Origin: Bacteroidota bacterium | Lineage (GTDB): Bacteria; Bacteroidota; Bacteroidia; Bacteroidales; Paludibacteraceae | Direction of reading: 5' to 3' | DNA: 64,000 nucleotides | Assembly: GCA_017860345.1 (NCBI GenBank) | Contig: JAFNAV010000003.1 | Span: forward strand, 46,106 to 110,105 | In this document: piece by piece, positions 36,814 to 46,872 of the stretch | How the letters are laid out: the number at the start of each line of letters is the position of its first letter | Numbering within the stretch: position 1 is the first letter of the stretch | Notes under the pieces: model-generated | The model's database searches: none | The model's input: only the letters and a program-made list of their open reading frames with translations | Told to the model about the DNA's origin: nothing | Made by a program: the position numbers and the translations under genes

Positions 36814-38645
36814 TAGTAAAAATGAAAAGATATACCTTTTTGGTATATCATAAACAATATACCGATTTCCTTGAAAAAATAAGGGATCTTGGCGTATTGC
36901 ACATTATCGATAGACCCGAAGGTAACTCAGAAAATGAGCTGTTGCGCGAAAAAATGCTTGTAGCATCGCGTATCAAAAATACTTTGCGACTGTTTGAGAA
37001 ACTTATCCCGAAAGGAGTTGCTCCCCATGAGGCCAAAGATAGTTTTGACGCGGTAGAACTCATAAATAAAGCTGAAGCTGCTTTAGCCGAAAAGGATGCC
37101 AAACAGCAAAAATTATCGGCGCTCGAAAAAGAGTCTGAACGTATGGAGGCGTGGGGTAGTTTCAGTCCCGAAAGAATTGAAGACCTTAAAAATGCCGGCT
37201 TTGAGCTCAATTTTTTTGCATGCAATATCCGTAAGTTTAATCAGGAGTGGGAGGTGCTGTATAATGCATTCGAAATTGAAACCACCACCACTACCCGGTA
37301 TTTTGTAACCGTTACCCGTCCCGGACAGCTTATTGATATAGATGCCGATCCGGTAAAACTATCGGAATATACATCGGCCGAAATTGATGCGCAGATAGCG
37401 GAACTGAAGACGGAAATAGAACTTTATAATCAAGAACTTATTGATTTTGCAGTCAGTGAGTTTAATACGCTGAAAAGTGCCCGAAGCGAGGTGGCCGAAA
37501 AAATTGATTTTACCAAAGCTATTTTAAACTCGCAGGCCGAGGTGCAAAATAAAGTTATGCTTTTGCAGGGCTGGTGTCCTGAGGAATCGGAGGCAGTATT
37601 GAACGAATATTTAGATTCCTCGGAAGTATATTACGAAACCGAAGAGCCGGTAGAAGAAGATAAGGTGCCCATAAAGCTGAAAAACAATAAGTTTGCAAAG
37701 CTCTTCGAGATGATAGGTGAACTATATGATTTGCCTAATTATCATGAGCTTGACCTTACTCCGTTTTTTGCACCATTTTATATGCTGTTTTTCGGGCTCT
37801 GTTTGGGCGACGTTGGATACGGATTGATATTTGTAATCGCCGCTATTTTTCTACGTCCCCGGGTTGCGGAGGCTCTTAAGCCTGTATTTACCCTGCTTAT
37901 ATGGTTGGGTGGCTCTACCGTAGTTATGGGAGCTGTTAGTGCCAATGTTTTCGGGTATAATCTGTTGGAGTCTGATATTTCGTGGATACAATCCTGGAAA
38001 AAATACATGCTGGATGCCAATCAGCTTTTCAACGCTTCGCTTATCATTGGAGCGGTTCAAATTATGTTTGGTATGGTGGTTAAGGCAATCAACATTACCC
38101 GTCGGTTTGGTTTTGCAGCTTCGTTATCAACCTGGGGCTGGCTTGTGCTTATTCTCGGTTGTGGAGCCTCATACGGGCTTAGCGCCACGGGTACAGTGTC
38201 GTCGGAAGTAGCCAAATATATGTACTACGGTTTTGGCGGAATTGGTGGACTTACAATATTCCTGCTTAATGATATAAAACGCAATCCGTTGATTAATGTA
38301 GGTGCCGGCTTGTGGGATGCGTATAACATGGTACTTGGTCTGATGGGCGATTTGCTCTCGTACGTACGGCTTTTTGCATTGGGAATTTCGGGCTCGGTTA
38401 TGGGTTTTGTATTTAACGATTTGGCCATAAACCTGAGCGGAAATATCCCGGTAGTAAGCCAACTTGTCATGGTGCTGATTATGCTTGTAGGGCATGGACT
38501 GAATATCTTCATGTCAAGTTTAAGTTCGTTTGTTCACCCCATGCGTTTAACCTTTGTGGAATTTTATAAAAATGCCGGGTTTGAAGGGGGCGGAAAAAAA
38601 TATCGTCCGTTTGCCCGCTATAAAGAGGAGAAATCTCTTTTTTGA
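36810..38645 (+). CDS. ntpI: V-type ATP synthase subunit I (a)
   Basis: Motifs LQGWCP, YDLPNYHELD, GDVGYG, LSYVRLFALG and HPMRLTFVEF. Confidence 0.95.
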   Translation: MIVKMKRYTFLVYHKQYTDFLEKIRDLGVLHIIDRPEGNSENELLREKMLVASRIKNTLRLFEKLIPKGVAPHEAKDSFDAVELINKAEAALAEKDAKQQKLSALEKESERMEAWGSFSPERIEDLKNAGFELNFFACNIRKFNQEWEVLYNAFEIETTTTTRYFVTVTRPGQLIDIDADPVKLSEYTSAEIDAQIAELKTEIELYNQELIDFAVSEFNTLKSARSEVAEKIDFTKAILNSQAEVQNKVMLLQGWCPEESEAVLNEYLDSSEVYYETEEPVEEDKVPIKLKNNKFAKLFEMIGELYDLPNYHELDLTPFFAPFYMLFFGLCLGDVGYGLIFVIAAIFLRPRVAEALKPVFTLLIWLGGSTVVMGAVSANVFGYNLLESDISWIQSWKKYMLDANQLFNASLIIGAVQIMFGMVVKAINITRRFGFAASLSTWGWLVLILGCGASYGLSATGTVSSEVAKYMYYGFGGIGGLTIFLLNDIKRNPLINVGAGLWDAYNMVLGLMGDLLSYVRLFALGISGSVMGFVFNDLAINLSGNIPVVSQLVMVLIMLVGHGLNIFMSSLSSFVHPMRLTFVEFYKNAGFEGGGKKYRPFARYKEEKSLF

Positions 38646-38692
38646 TTAATTGAAAAATAAAAATAAATTAAAATAACATTTAAAAACAATAA

Positions 38693-39145
<453 letters not shown>

Positions 39146-39166
39146 ACCCATTTTTTGATAAATAAC

Positions 39167-39199
39167 AGAAGCCCGGACGTTATTGTCGTTTGGGCTTCT
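39167..39199 (+). terminator. Terminator after the V-ATPase operon
   Basis: agaagcccggacg-ttattgt-cgtttgggcttct followed by T-rich sequence. Confidence 0.7.
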
Positions 39200-39261
39200 C
39201 TCATTTTGTTGTTTGTCTGAAAAAACTTATTTTTGTATAAGTTTAATTTACTCCCTGTTCA

Positions 39262-40128
39262 ATGAAAAAAACAACCGGACGATTCAAATCATTTCTTCAC
39301 AAGCTCAGATTTCAATACCGCGTTTCGGTAATGAATGAAAACACGCTTGAAGAATCATGGCATATCCGGTTGTCGCGCCTCAGTGTACTTATATACGCCT
39401 CTTCGTTAGTGCTTATCACATTTATTCTGCTGACCATTCTTATTTTTACCACGCCTATCCGGTATTATTTGCCTGGATACGGCGAAAGCGGCAACCGTGG
39501 ACGCATCATCTCAGAATCTATGTATACCGACTCTCTTTATCATCAGGTAGAACTTCAGGATGGTTATCTTCAGGTGATTAAGAACATCATAAAAGGAACT
39601 ATTAAGCCTGACTCAATAGCTTCGCTCGACTCAGTAAAGCTAAAGGAAACGGCTTACGATTATCTTGAAAAAACAAAGGCAGAGAAAGCTTTTGTTGAAA
39701 AATTTGAGAAAGAGGAGAAGTATAATCTGATGACCCTTGATGCCAAAACAAACGACGATGTGTATGTTTTTTTCAGGCCTACCAAAGGGGTTATTTCTTC
39801 GTCGTTCAGTCCCGGCGAGAAACAATATGGTATCAATATGATAACCTCGCCTAACGAAACAGTGGTTAGTGTGCTGGCCGGAACTGTAACTTATGCCGCT
39901 TTTACCTTTGATTATGGCTGGGTAATTCAGGTACAGCATGAAAATAATTATATATCTATTTATAAAAACAATACGCAACTACTCAAAAGAGTGGGCGACG
40001 TAGTGAAGGCCGGTGAAGGTATAGCCATTACAGGCGAACCTACGGGAGGAAAAAATATTGACCAGTTCTATTTTGAACTTTGGCAGCAGGGCAAACCTGT
40101 AAATCCTGAGGATGTGATAATTTTCTGA
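39262..40128 (+). CDS. M23/LytM-domain membrane protein with degenerate zinc ligands
   Basis: N-terminal TM; FFRPTKGVISSSF, GWVIQVQH, VGDVVKAGEGIAITG and FELWQQGKPVNP. HxxxD is replaced by QYGIN and HxH by QFY. Confidence 0.85.
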   Translation: MKKTTGRFKSFLHKLRFQYRVSVMNENTLEESWHIRLSRLSVLIYASSLVLITFILLTILIFTTPIRYYLPGYGESGNRGRIISESMYTDSLYHQVELQDGYLQVIKNIIKGTIKPDSIASLDSVKLKETAYDYLEKTKAEKAFVEKFEKEEKYNLMTLDAKTNDDVYVFFRPTKGVISSSFSPGEKQYGINMITSPNETVVSVLAGTVTYAAFTFDYGWVIQVQHENNYISIYKNNTQLLKRVGDVVKAGEGIAITGEPTGGKNIDQFYFELWQQGKPVNPEDVIIF

Positions 40129-40158
40129 TGATTTTTTTTTAAAAGCAAGAGATAACCT

Positions 40159-41288
40159 GTGTCTGAAATCAAAAAACAAATAGCCATTTTAGGATCTACC
40201 GGTTCTATCGGAACGCAAGCGCTTGAAGTGATAGCTGCAAACAGTTCTCTTTTCGAGGTGTATGCGCTTACTGCCAATAATCAGGTGGATTTACTGATAG
40301 AGCAGGCTCGCCGATTTCAACCTGAGATGGTGGCCATTGCCAACGATAAGCATTATGCCAAACTGAAAGATGCGTTGGCCGATTTACCAATTAAAGTATT
40401 TGCCGGCGACGACTCGGTAGCCGAACTGGCCGCTATGCAGCCTGTTGATATTGTATTGGCTGCTATGGTTGGCTATTCGGGCCTGAAACCAGCCATTAAG
40501 GCTATTCAGGCCGGGAAAAAGATAGCACTTGCTAATAAAGAAACGCTGGTGGTGGCCGGAGAGCTTATTTGTTCACTGTCCGAAAAATACAACGCAGCTA
40601 TCCTGCCTGTCGACTCAGAGCATTCGGCCATTTTTCAATGTTTGGCAGGTGAGGGAAACAATCCGATTGACAAGCTGATACTTACTGCTTCAGGAGGACC
40701 GTTTCGTACAAAATCGTTGGCAGAGCTTGAACATGTGACCAGTGCGCAGGCGCTGAAACACCCTAACTGGGATATGGGCGCCAAAATCACCATAGACTCG
40801 GCCAGCCTTATGAACAAGGGATTTGAAATAATTGAAGCCAAATGGCTCTTTGGTGTGAGTCCCGAACAGATTGAAGTGGTGGTACATCCGCAATCTATTA
40901 TCCACTCCATGGTGCAGTTTGCCGATGGCTCTATCAAAGCGCAGTTGGGCTTGCCCGATATGAAACTGCCCATACAGTATGCGCTTACGTACCCTGACAG
41001 GCTTCCGTCGGTTTTTCCGAGGCTCGATTTTGATTTGTATTCTCAGTTCACGTTTGAAAGACCCGATACCAACAGGTTTCGGAATTTGGCTTACGCTTAC
41101 TATGCTATGCAAAGAGGCGGTAATATGCCTTGCATACTCAATGCGGCCAACGAAGTAGTAGTAGCGGAGTTTCTGAAAGATAAGATAGGCTTTTTGCAGA
41201 TGAGTGATATTATTGAAGAGGTGATGGAAAAGGCTACGTGTTGACCGATGCCGAAACGCGAATCCTTACCTGCGAGTTGGCACACTGA
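40159..41288 (+). CDS. dxr: 1-deoxy-D-xylulose-5-phosphate reductoisomerase; GTG start; frameshift near the 3' end (in-frame stop 41244, displaced tail to 41288)
   Basis: GSTGSIG, LANKETLV, PVDSEHSAIFQ, TASGGPF, HPNWDMG and NAANE. A Dxr-like tail YVLTDAETRILTCELAH* lies in another frame. Confidence 0.95.
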
Positions 41289-41477
41289 ATTACACATAAA
41301 GGAAATAACTCTGTAAAAAAACATATAAAAAATTAATTCTGTAAACAAACCCGGGTTATTGCACGTTGAGGATGCTGGTGGGTTTAGCAAATTATTTTTT
41401 TGCAATTTTTTAAAATACAAATCTAACAATTATAGCTATACCGGTTTGATAGAAAAAGACAGCCGGATTTTGAATGT

Positions 41478-42953
41478 ATGGAAACATTTTTGATTAAAGC
41501 ATTACAACTCATTCTTATGGTGCTTTTGCACGAAATGGGTCACTTTCTTTTTGCACGTTTGTTTAAAGTTCGTGTTGAAAAATTTTATATGTTTTTCAAT
41601 CCAACCGTATCGCTTGTGCGTGCCAAAAAAATCAATGGTAAATGGGATGTAAAATTCTTTGCTAAAAATATACCGGCCAACGAACGTCCCAAATTGGATG
41701 CCGAAGGCGATCAGGTGCTTGATGCCAAAGGCCGACAGGTAATGGAGCCAATACCATTAGATAAACTGGAAGACGGCGATTGGCGTAAATATCCTGACTC
41801 TACTGAGTGGGGGATAGGATGGTTGCCGCTTGGGGGTTACTGTAAAATATCAGGGATGATAGATGAATCGATGGATTCAACGCAGATGGCCATGGCTCCT
41901 CAACCCTGGGAGTATCGCTCGCGACCTGTGTGGCAGCGCTTGCCCATTATTACCGGTGGGGTGCTTGTCAACTTTATATTAGCCATGATAATATATGCCG
42001 GAGTGCTATTTACATGGGGTCAGGAATATATCCCGGTCGAAAACGCAAAATTCGGATACCAGTTTGCCGAAGTTATGCAGAACGAAGGTTTCCGTAATGG
42101 CGATGTTTTTGTAAAGGTCGACAATGAAAATATCGAAAATCAGGGTAAAGCCCTGAACCGCATGCTTTTCAGCAATGCCAAAACGGTAACTGTGTTGCGC
42201 GACGGACAAGCATTGACCATCACCCTCTCCAAAAACCTGACCGACACCATTCTAAAGCATAATCCTAAAGAACTGGTATCGCTTCGTTTTCCTTATGTGA
42301 TTGATGCTGTACAGGGTGGAAGTCCGGCCAGCGCAGCCAAACTGGAAAAAGGCGACAGTATTATCTCTGTCAATGGAAAAAAACTATACATTTATCAGGA
42401 TATTTTAGCAGAGCTCAATGCCTCAAAAAACAGTATTGCCGAAATAGAATATGTGCGTAAGGGCAAAGTTTATCAAACTCACACCCAAATTAATGATGAT
42501 GGTAAACTTGGGGTTAAGATTCTGACTCCGGTTCATTTCTTCAAAACCAAAAAGATTACATATGGATTTTTTGAAGCCATTCCGGCCGGTATATCGCTGG
42601 GTTGGGAAACTTTATCCGACTATGTGTCTCAATTGAAATATGTATTCACCAAAAGCGGTATTCAGCAAGTTGGAGGTTTTGGAGCCATCGGCGGTTTGTT
42701 TCCTCCGGTATGGGATTGGCAGATTTTTTGGGAAATGACGGCTTTATTGTCAGTTATTCTGGCATTTATGAACTTTTTGCCTATTCCGGCTCTTGATGGC
42801 GGTCATGTGATGTTTTTGCTTTACGAAATGATAACCCGCCGTAAGCCAAGCGATAAATTTCTGGAATATGCGCAAACCGCAGGCATGTTATTGCTTTTTG
42901 CTTTACTTATTTATGCCAATGGAAATGATATTTTCAGAGCAATATTCAAATAG
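41478..42953 (+). CDS. rseP: RIP metalloprotease RseP (M50, PDZ domains)
   Basis: HEMGH, LPLGGYCKISGM, GGVLVNF, PDZ region and NFLPIPALDGGH. Confidence 0.95.
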   Translation: METFLIKALQLILMVLLHEMGHFLFARLFKVRVEKFYMFFNPTVSLVRAKKINGKWDVKFFAKNIPANERPKLDAEGDQVLDAKGRQVMEPIPLDKLEDGDWRKYPDSTEWGIGWLPLGGYCKISGMIDESMDSTQMAMAPQPWEYRSRPVWQRLPIITGGVLVNFILAMIIYAGVLFTWGQEYIPVENAKFGYQFAEVMQNEGFRNGDVFVKVDNENIENQGKALNRMLFSNAKTVTVLRDGQALTITLSKNLTDTILKHNPKELVSLRFPYVIDAVQGGSPASAAKLEKGDSIISVNGKKLYIYQDILAELNASKNSIAEIEYVRKGKVYQTHTQINDDGKLGVKILTPVHFFKTKKITYGFFEAIPAGISLGWETLSDYVSQLKYVFTKSGIQQVGGFGAIGGLFPPVWDWQIFWEMTALLSVILAFMNFLPIPALDGGHVMFLLYEMITRRKPSDKFLEYAQTAGMLLLFALLIYANGNDIFRAIFK

Positions 42954-42983
42954 TCTGATTAATAGTAATTTACGCCAACAAAG

Positions 42984-43346
42984 ATGATGAAGCCAACTAT
43001 ATTGTGTTATCCCAAATGTGGTACTTGCCAAAAGGCCGAGAAATGGCTAAAATCTAATGGTATTGAGTATACTTACCGGCCTATAAAAGAAGAAAATCCT
43101 ACTAAGGCGGAGATTGCCGAATGGCTTAAAAAGAGTGGTTTGCCGGTTTCCAGGTTTTTTAATACCAGTGGTTTGCTTTATAAGGAGCAAAATATGAAAG
43201 ATAAAGTCAGGGTTTTACCCGAAGCTGAACTGATTGATATTTTGGCAACAAATGGTTTGATGGTGAAGCGTCCTGTATTATTGACTGGCAACAAAGTGCT
43301 TGTGGGATTCAAAGAAGAAGACTGGAAAGCTGTTTTTGGGAAATAA
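42984..43346 (+). CDS. ArsC/Spx (YffB-like) family protein
   Basis: YPKCGTCQKA, FFNTSGLLYKE and MVKRPVL...VGF. Confidence 0.9.
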   Translation: MMKPTILCYPKCGTCQKAEKWLKSNGIEYTYRPIKEENPTKAEIAEWLKKSGLPVSRFFNTSGLLYKEQNMKDKVRVLPEAELIDILATNGLMVKRPVLLTGNKVLVGFKEEDWKAVFGK

Positions 43347-43347
43347 G

Positions 43348-44343
43348 CTATTTCGACGTACAGTTCCGGCACATTTCATATTGCTTCCGGTTTTGGAGTA
43401 TGGATGCTCTGAAATCGGAAGCTTTTTGATTGTGCCATACCGAGCCGAAATTTCCGGTGGCAATATTACCAAAACTATGCGATTGATCTTTGTCGAAGCA
43501 GCAGGGCACCACCTCGCCCGAGGCACTTATCACAGCTCCCGTCCACAGTCGCAGGCAGCGATTAGCCAGCTTGTTTTTGATGAGATAACGGCCATCAGCA
43601 GCACGATAGTAGCGAGCGTATTTGGTGAGCGATGTAAGTAGTCTGTGCCCATGTTCAAAATTATACAGCTGAGCCGATTTTAACACTAACCTGTCAGCCT
43701 TAAGGCTTTTAGCCAGCTTTTTTACGTCTTTAATCTGATGTTCGTTCGTTTTAAAAACGATGAACTGTATCTCAATAAGTGGAGAGCTTGACTTAAGTTG
43801 CCGTTTCCATTCATTGACATACCTGATGCCCTGCAGAGCTTTTTCGAGCTTACCACCCGCGCGGTATTGTTCGTACACTTGCTGAGTTACCCCGTCGATA
43901 GAAACAATAAGCTTATCCAGACCGGATTCTACCAAATCTTTAGCCATGTGCCGGTCGAGCAGCTGTCCGTTGGTGGAAGTAGAGGTGTAAATGCCCGATT
44001 TATGGGCATAATTGATAAGTTTGGTCAGATTTTTGTTGAATAAAGGTTCACCCTGAAAGTAAAAAATGGAGTGAAACAAATAAGGCTTTAATTCGTCTAT
44101 CAGCTGTATAAATAAATCATCGTTCAGGAACTTTTTGTCGACAGTCTTTCGCTGATTCACCGGGCATTCGCTGCAATGCAGCTGACAGAAATTGTATGGT
44201 TCTACCGATACAAAAGCCGGATATGCCCGCTTAGGAAATTGCACACGCTTGCCGGAAACAAGGTATGATAAATATAACGAGAGAAGATTAAATATTTTTT
44301 TAAAACGAATATACCGTAAGGTACGTAAGCTATGTATCAGCAT
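43348..44343 (-). CDS. Radical SAM / SPASM-domain protein
   Basis: CQLHCSEC (CxxxCxxC), FQGEP, STNG and SIDG; C-terminal CLRLW...GEVVPCC...CRNC. Confidence 0.9.
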   Translation of the reverse strand: MLIHSLRTLRYIRFKKIFNLLSLYLSYLVSGKRVQFPKRAYPAFVSVEPYNFCQLHCSECPVNQRKTVDKKFLNDDLFIQLIDELKPYLFHSIFYFQGEPLFNKNLTKLINYAHKSGIYTSTSTNGQLLDRHMAKDLVESGLDKLIVSIDGVTQQVYEQYRAGGKLEKALQGIRYVNEWKRQLKSSSPLIEIQFIVFKTNEHQIKDVKKLAKSLKADRLVLKSAQLYNFEHGHRLLTSLTKYARYYRAADGRYLIKNKLANRCLRLWTGAVISASGEVVPCCFDKDQSHSFGNIATGNFGSVWHNQKASDFRASILQNRKQYEMCRNCTSK

Positions 44344-44554
44344 TATATACGGACTATGGATTAAATAACAATAATATTCCGGAAAATAGCCTAATCTTAT
44401 ACTATTGTACTATTTACAAAATATTGGCATATATTTATAAAAAATATAAATGAGCTATCGCAAAGTAAAGCAATTTTCGCTGGAAATTTGTATATTTGTA
44501 TCCCTTATTAGCAAAAAATTATTCAAATCAATTTATAACAAAACACAAAATTTT

Positions 44555-46255
44555 ATGAAGAAGCAATTAATTTTCGCAGTTACGTTAATTTTTGCACTTG
44601 GTAACAAAGATCTGACAGCGTTAGATCCGAGTTTATTTACCTGCACTCCTAATCCTCTTGAGGTTAAAGGTGGCAAAGTAGATGCAACTATTACCGGAAC
44701 TTTTCCTGTTAAGTACTTTGCTAAAAATGCAACTGTAATCGTTACCCCGGTTCTTACTTTTAATGGTAAGGAAGTAAAGGGTACGGCGTCTACTTTTCAA
44801 GGTGAAAAAGTGATAGGCAATAACCAAACAATCAGTTACAAAGCCGGAGGTTCGTACACCATCAAAACGACTTTCGATTATGTGCCTGAAATGTTGAAAT
44901 CTGAACTCTATCTCGACTTCAGTGTATCAACAAAAAAGAAAACCTATACACTACAGCGTGTTAAAGTAGCTGATGGCGTAATTTCTACATCTCAGCTTGT
45001 AGCTAAAAACTTTGCTGGCGCCGAAGCCAATGGCCCGGTTATCCTGAACGATAAGTTCCAACGCGTAATTCAGGAACTTCAGGAAGCTGATATCAAGTTC
45101 CTTATTCAGCAGTCAAACCTTCGTACTTCCGAAACAAAGTCAGAAGACATTGTGGCGCTTACCAAGAAAGTGAAAGAAGCTAAAGATGCCGAAAACAAAG
45201 AAGTTGCCGGATTTGAAATTTCTGGTTACGCTTCTCCCGACGGAGCTTTGGAACTGAATACCAATCTGGCTGAAAAACGTCAGAAAGTAACTTCTGATTT
45301 CATCAACAAACAGTTGAAAAAAATCAAAACTTCGGTAACTATCGACTCTAAATTTACTGCCGAAGATTGGGATGGTTTCCAGAAATTAATGGAAAACTCA
45401 AACATTCAGGACAAACAACTGATTCTTCGTGTATTGTCGATGTACAGCGATCCTGAGCAACGCGAACGCGAAATCAAAAACATCTCTGTGGCTTTCAAAA
45501 GCATCGCTGACGAAATTCTTCCTCAGTTGCGTCGTTCGCGTCTGAAACTTACTGTAGATGTTACAGGTAAATCGGACGACGAGATTGCAAAACTGGCTAA
45601 AGAAGATGCTTCTAAACTGAACGTAGAAGAACTGCTTTATGCGGCTACGCTTACTAATAATGCATCTGAAAAAGCCACTATTTACCAGAAAGTAATTGAC
45701 TCTTATGCTTCGGATGTGCGCGGATACAATAATCTTGGTGTAGTTCAGTACAATCAGGGTAAAGTAGATGCAGCTGCAGCAAGCTTTGCAAAAGCACTTA
45801 GCATTGAACCTTCGAATGCAAATACAAATTACAACGCAGGTTTGGCTGCCCTTGCAAAGAACGACTATGCTAAAGCAGAAGAATTCTTTGGTAAAGCAGC
45901 TGGTACCAGCGGAAGCCTGAGCAATGCTCTTGGTTCATTGTATATCATCAAAGGCGATTATGCAAAAGCTAAAACTGCTTTTGGTTCAACAGTGTCGAAC
46001 AATGCTGCTCTGTTGCAGGTGCTCGACGGAAACTACAGTGGCGCCCGTAATACACTCGACGCTGTAGCTCAACCTGACGCTCTGACTTCGTACCTTGGCG
46101 CAGTAGTAGGTGCACGCACCAACAACCGCGATGCAGTGTATGCCGGTTTGCGTAAGGCCGTAAGTGCCGATGCCGCTCTTAAAACACGTGCGGTAAGCGA
46201 TTTGGAATTTTCTAAGTTCTTTACTGACGAAACATTCTTGTCGATTGTAAAATAA
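44555..46255 (+). CDS. Exported TPR-containing protein with an OmpA-like segment (Bacteroidales conserved family)
   Basis: Start MKKQLIF (44555) after promoter TATATTTG (44491-44498); TPNPLEVKGGKV, GYASPDG...N..LA.KR, EDWDGF and C-terminal TPRs (YNNLG, YNAG). Confidence 0.85.
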   Translation: MKKQLIFAVTLIFALGNKDLTALDPSLFTCTPNPLEVKGGKVDATITGTFPVKYFAKNATVIVTPVLTFNGKEVKGTASTFQGEKVIGNNQTISYKAGGSYTIKTTFDYVPEMLKSELYLDFSVSTKKKTYTLQRVKVADGVISTSQLVAKNFAGAEANGPVILNDKFQRVIQELQEADIKFLIQQSNLRTSETKSEDIVALTKKVKEAKDAENKEVAGFEISGYASPDGALELNTNLAEKRQKVTSDFINKQLKKIKTSVTIDSKFTAEDWDGFQKLMENSNIQDKQLILRVLSMYSDPEQREREIKNISVAFKSIADEILPQLRRSRLKLTVDVTGKSDDEIAKLAKEDASKLNVEELLYAATLTNNASEKATIYQKVIDSYASDVRGYNNLGVVQYNQGKVDAAAASFAKALSIEPSNANTNYNAGLAALAKNDYAKAEEFFGKAAGTSGSLSNALGSLYIIKGDYAKAKTAFGSTVSNNAALLQVLDGNYSGARNTLDAVAQPDALTSYLGAVVGARTNNRDAVYAGLRKAVSADAALKTRAVSDLEFSKFFTDETFLSIVK

Positions 46256-46274
46256 GCAGACAGAAATACAACAG

Positions 46275-46308
46275 AAAGCCGGTGTGATACTTCGCACCGG
46301 CTTTTTTT
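46275..46308 (+). terminator. Intrinsic terminator
   Basis: aaagccggtgtga-tact-tcgcaccggcttttttt. Confidence 0.85.
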
Positions 46309-46474
46309 ATGCCATTATGGCATGTGTTGCTTACATATACTATAGCTTACAACAAAGGTATAAATTTTGTAAATAATTTAATTCCAAAATATTTACTGTC
46401 GTCAATAGCCATTATTTTCATTATCTTTGCTATAGATTTACAGTTAAAAAACATACGAAGAACATAGATATTTA

Positions 46475-46849
46475 ATGATTATTGAACAGATGACTCAGAA
46501 CGAACAAATTGTAAATAAAATTGTTGAAGGAATACAGGAAAAGAAAGGAAAAGAGATTGTAGTTGTAAATCTGACTAAGCTCAAAGAAGCGCCGTGCAAC
46601 TATTTCGTGATTTGCGAAGGAGATTCGAGTGTACATGTGAACTCCGTAGCTTTATCGGTAAAAGACTGGGTGCGAGAAAAAATAAATGTAAAGCCCTACG
46701 CGGCTGATGGTTTTGAAAACTCGGAATGGATAGCCATGGATTACGGACAAATAATTGTTCATGTGTTTCAGCGACATACGCGCGAGTTTTACGATATTGA
46801 ACACCTATGGGCCGATGCCGATATGCAAAGAATTGAAAATATACTTTAA
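46475..46849 (+). CDS. rsfS: Ribosome silencing factor
   Basis: EKKGKEI, YFVICEG, WIAMDYGQIIVHVF and REFYDIEHLW. Confidence 0.95.
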   Translation: MIIEQMTQNEQIVNKIVEGIQEKKGKEIVVVNLTKLKEAPCNYFVICEGDSSVHVNSVALSVKDWVREKINVKPYAADGFENSEWIAMDYGQIIVHVFQRHTREFYDIEHLWADADMQRIENIL

Positions 46850-46872
46850 TACAATAAATTTTTTATTTAAGA

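Noticed and set aside
41230-41245. Programmed frameshifting or stop read-through in dxr and the M16 gene
   Set aside because: There is no slippery heptamer, and conserved residues are missing at both junctions, which recoding could not restore.
43348-44343. Radical SAM/SPASM enzyme as a RiPP maturase
   Set aside because: No precursor peptide, RRE/PqqD domain, peptidase or transporter is adjacent.
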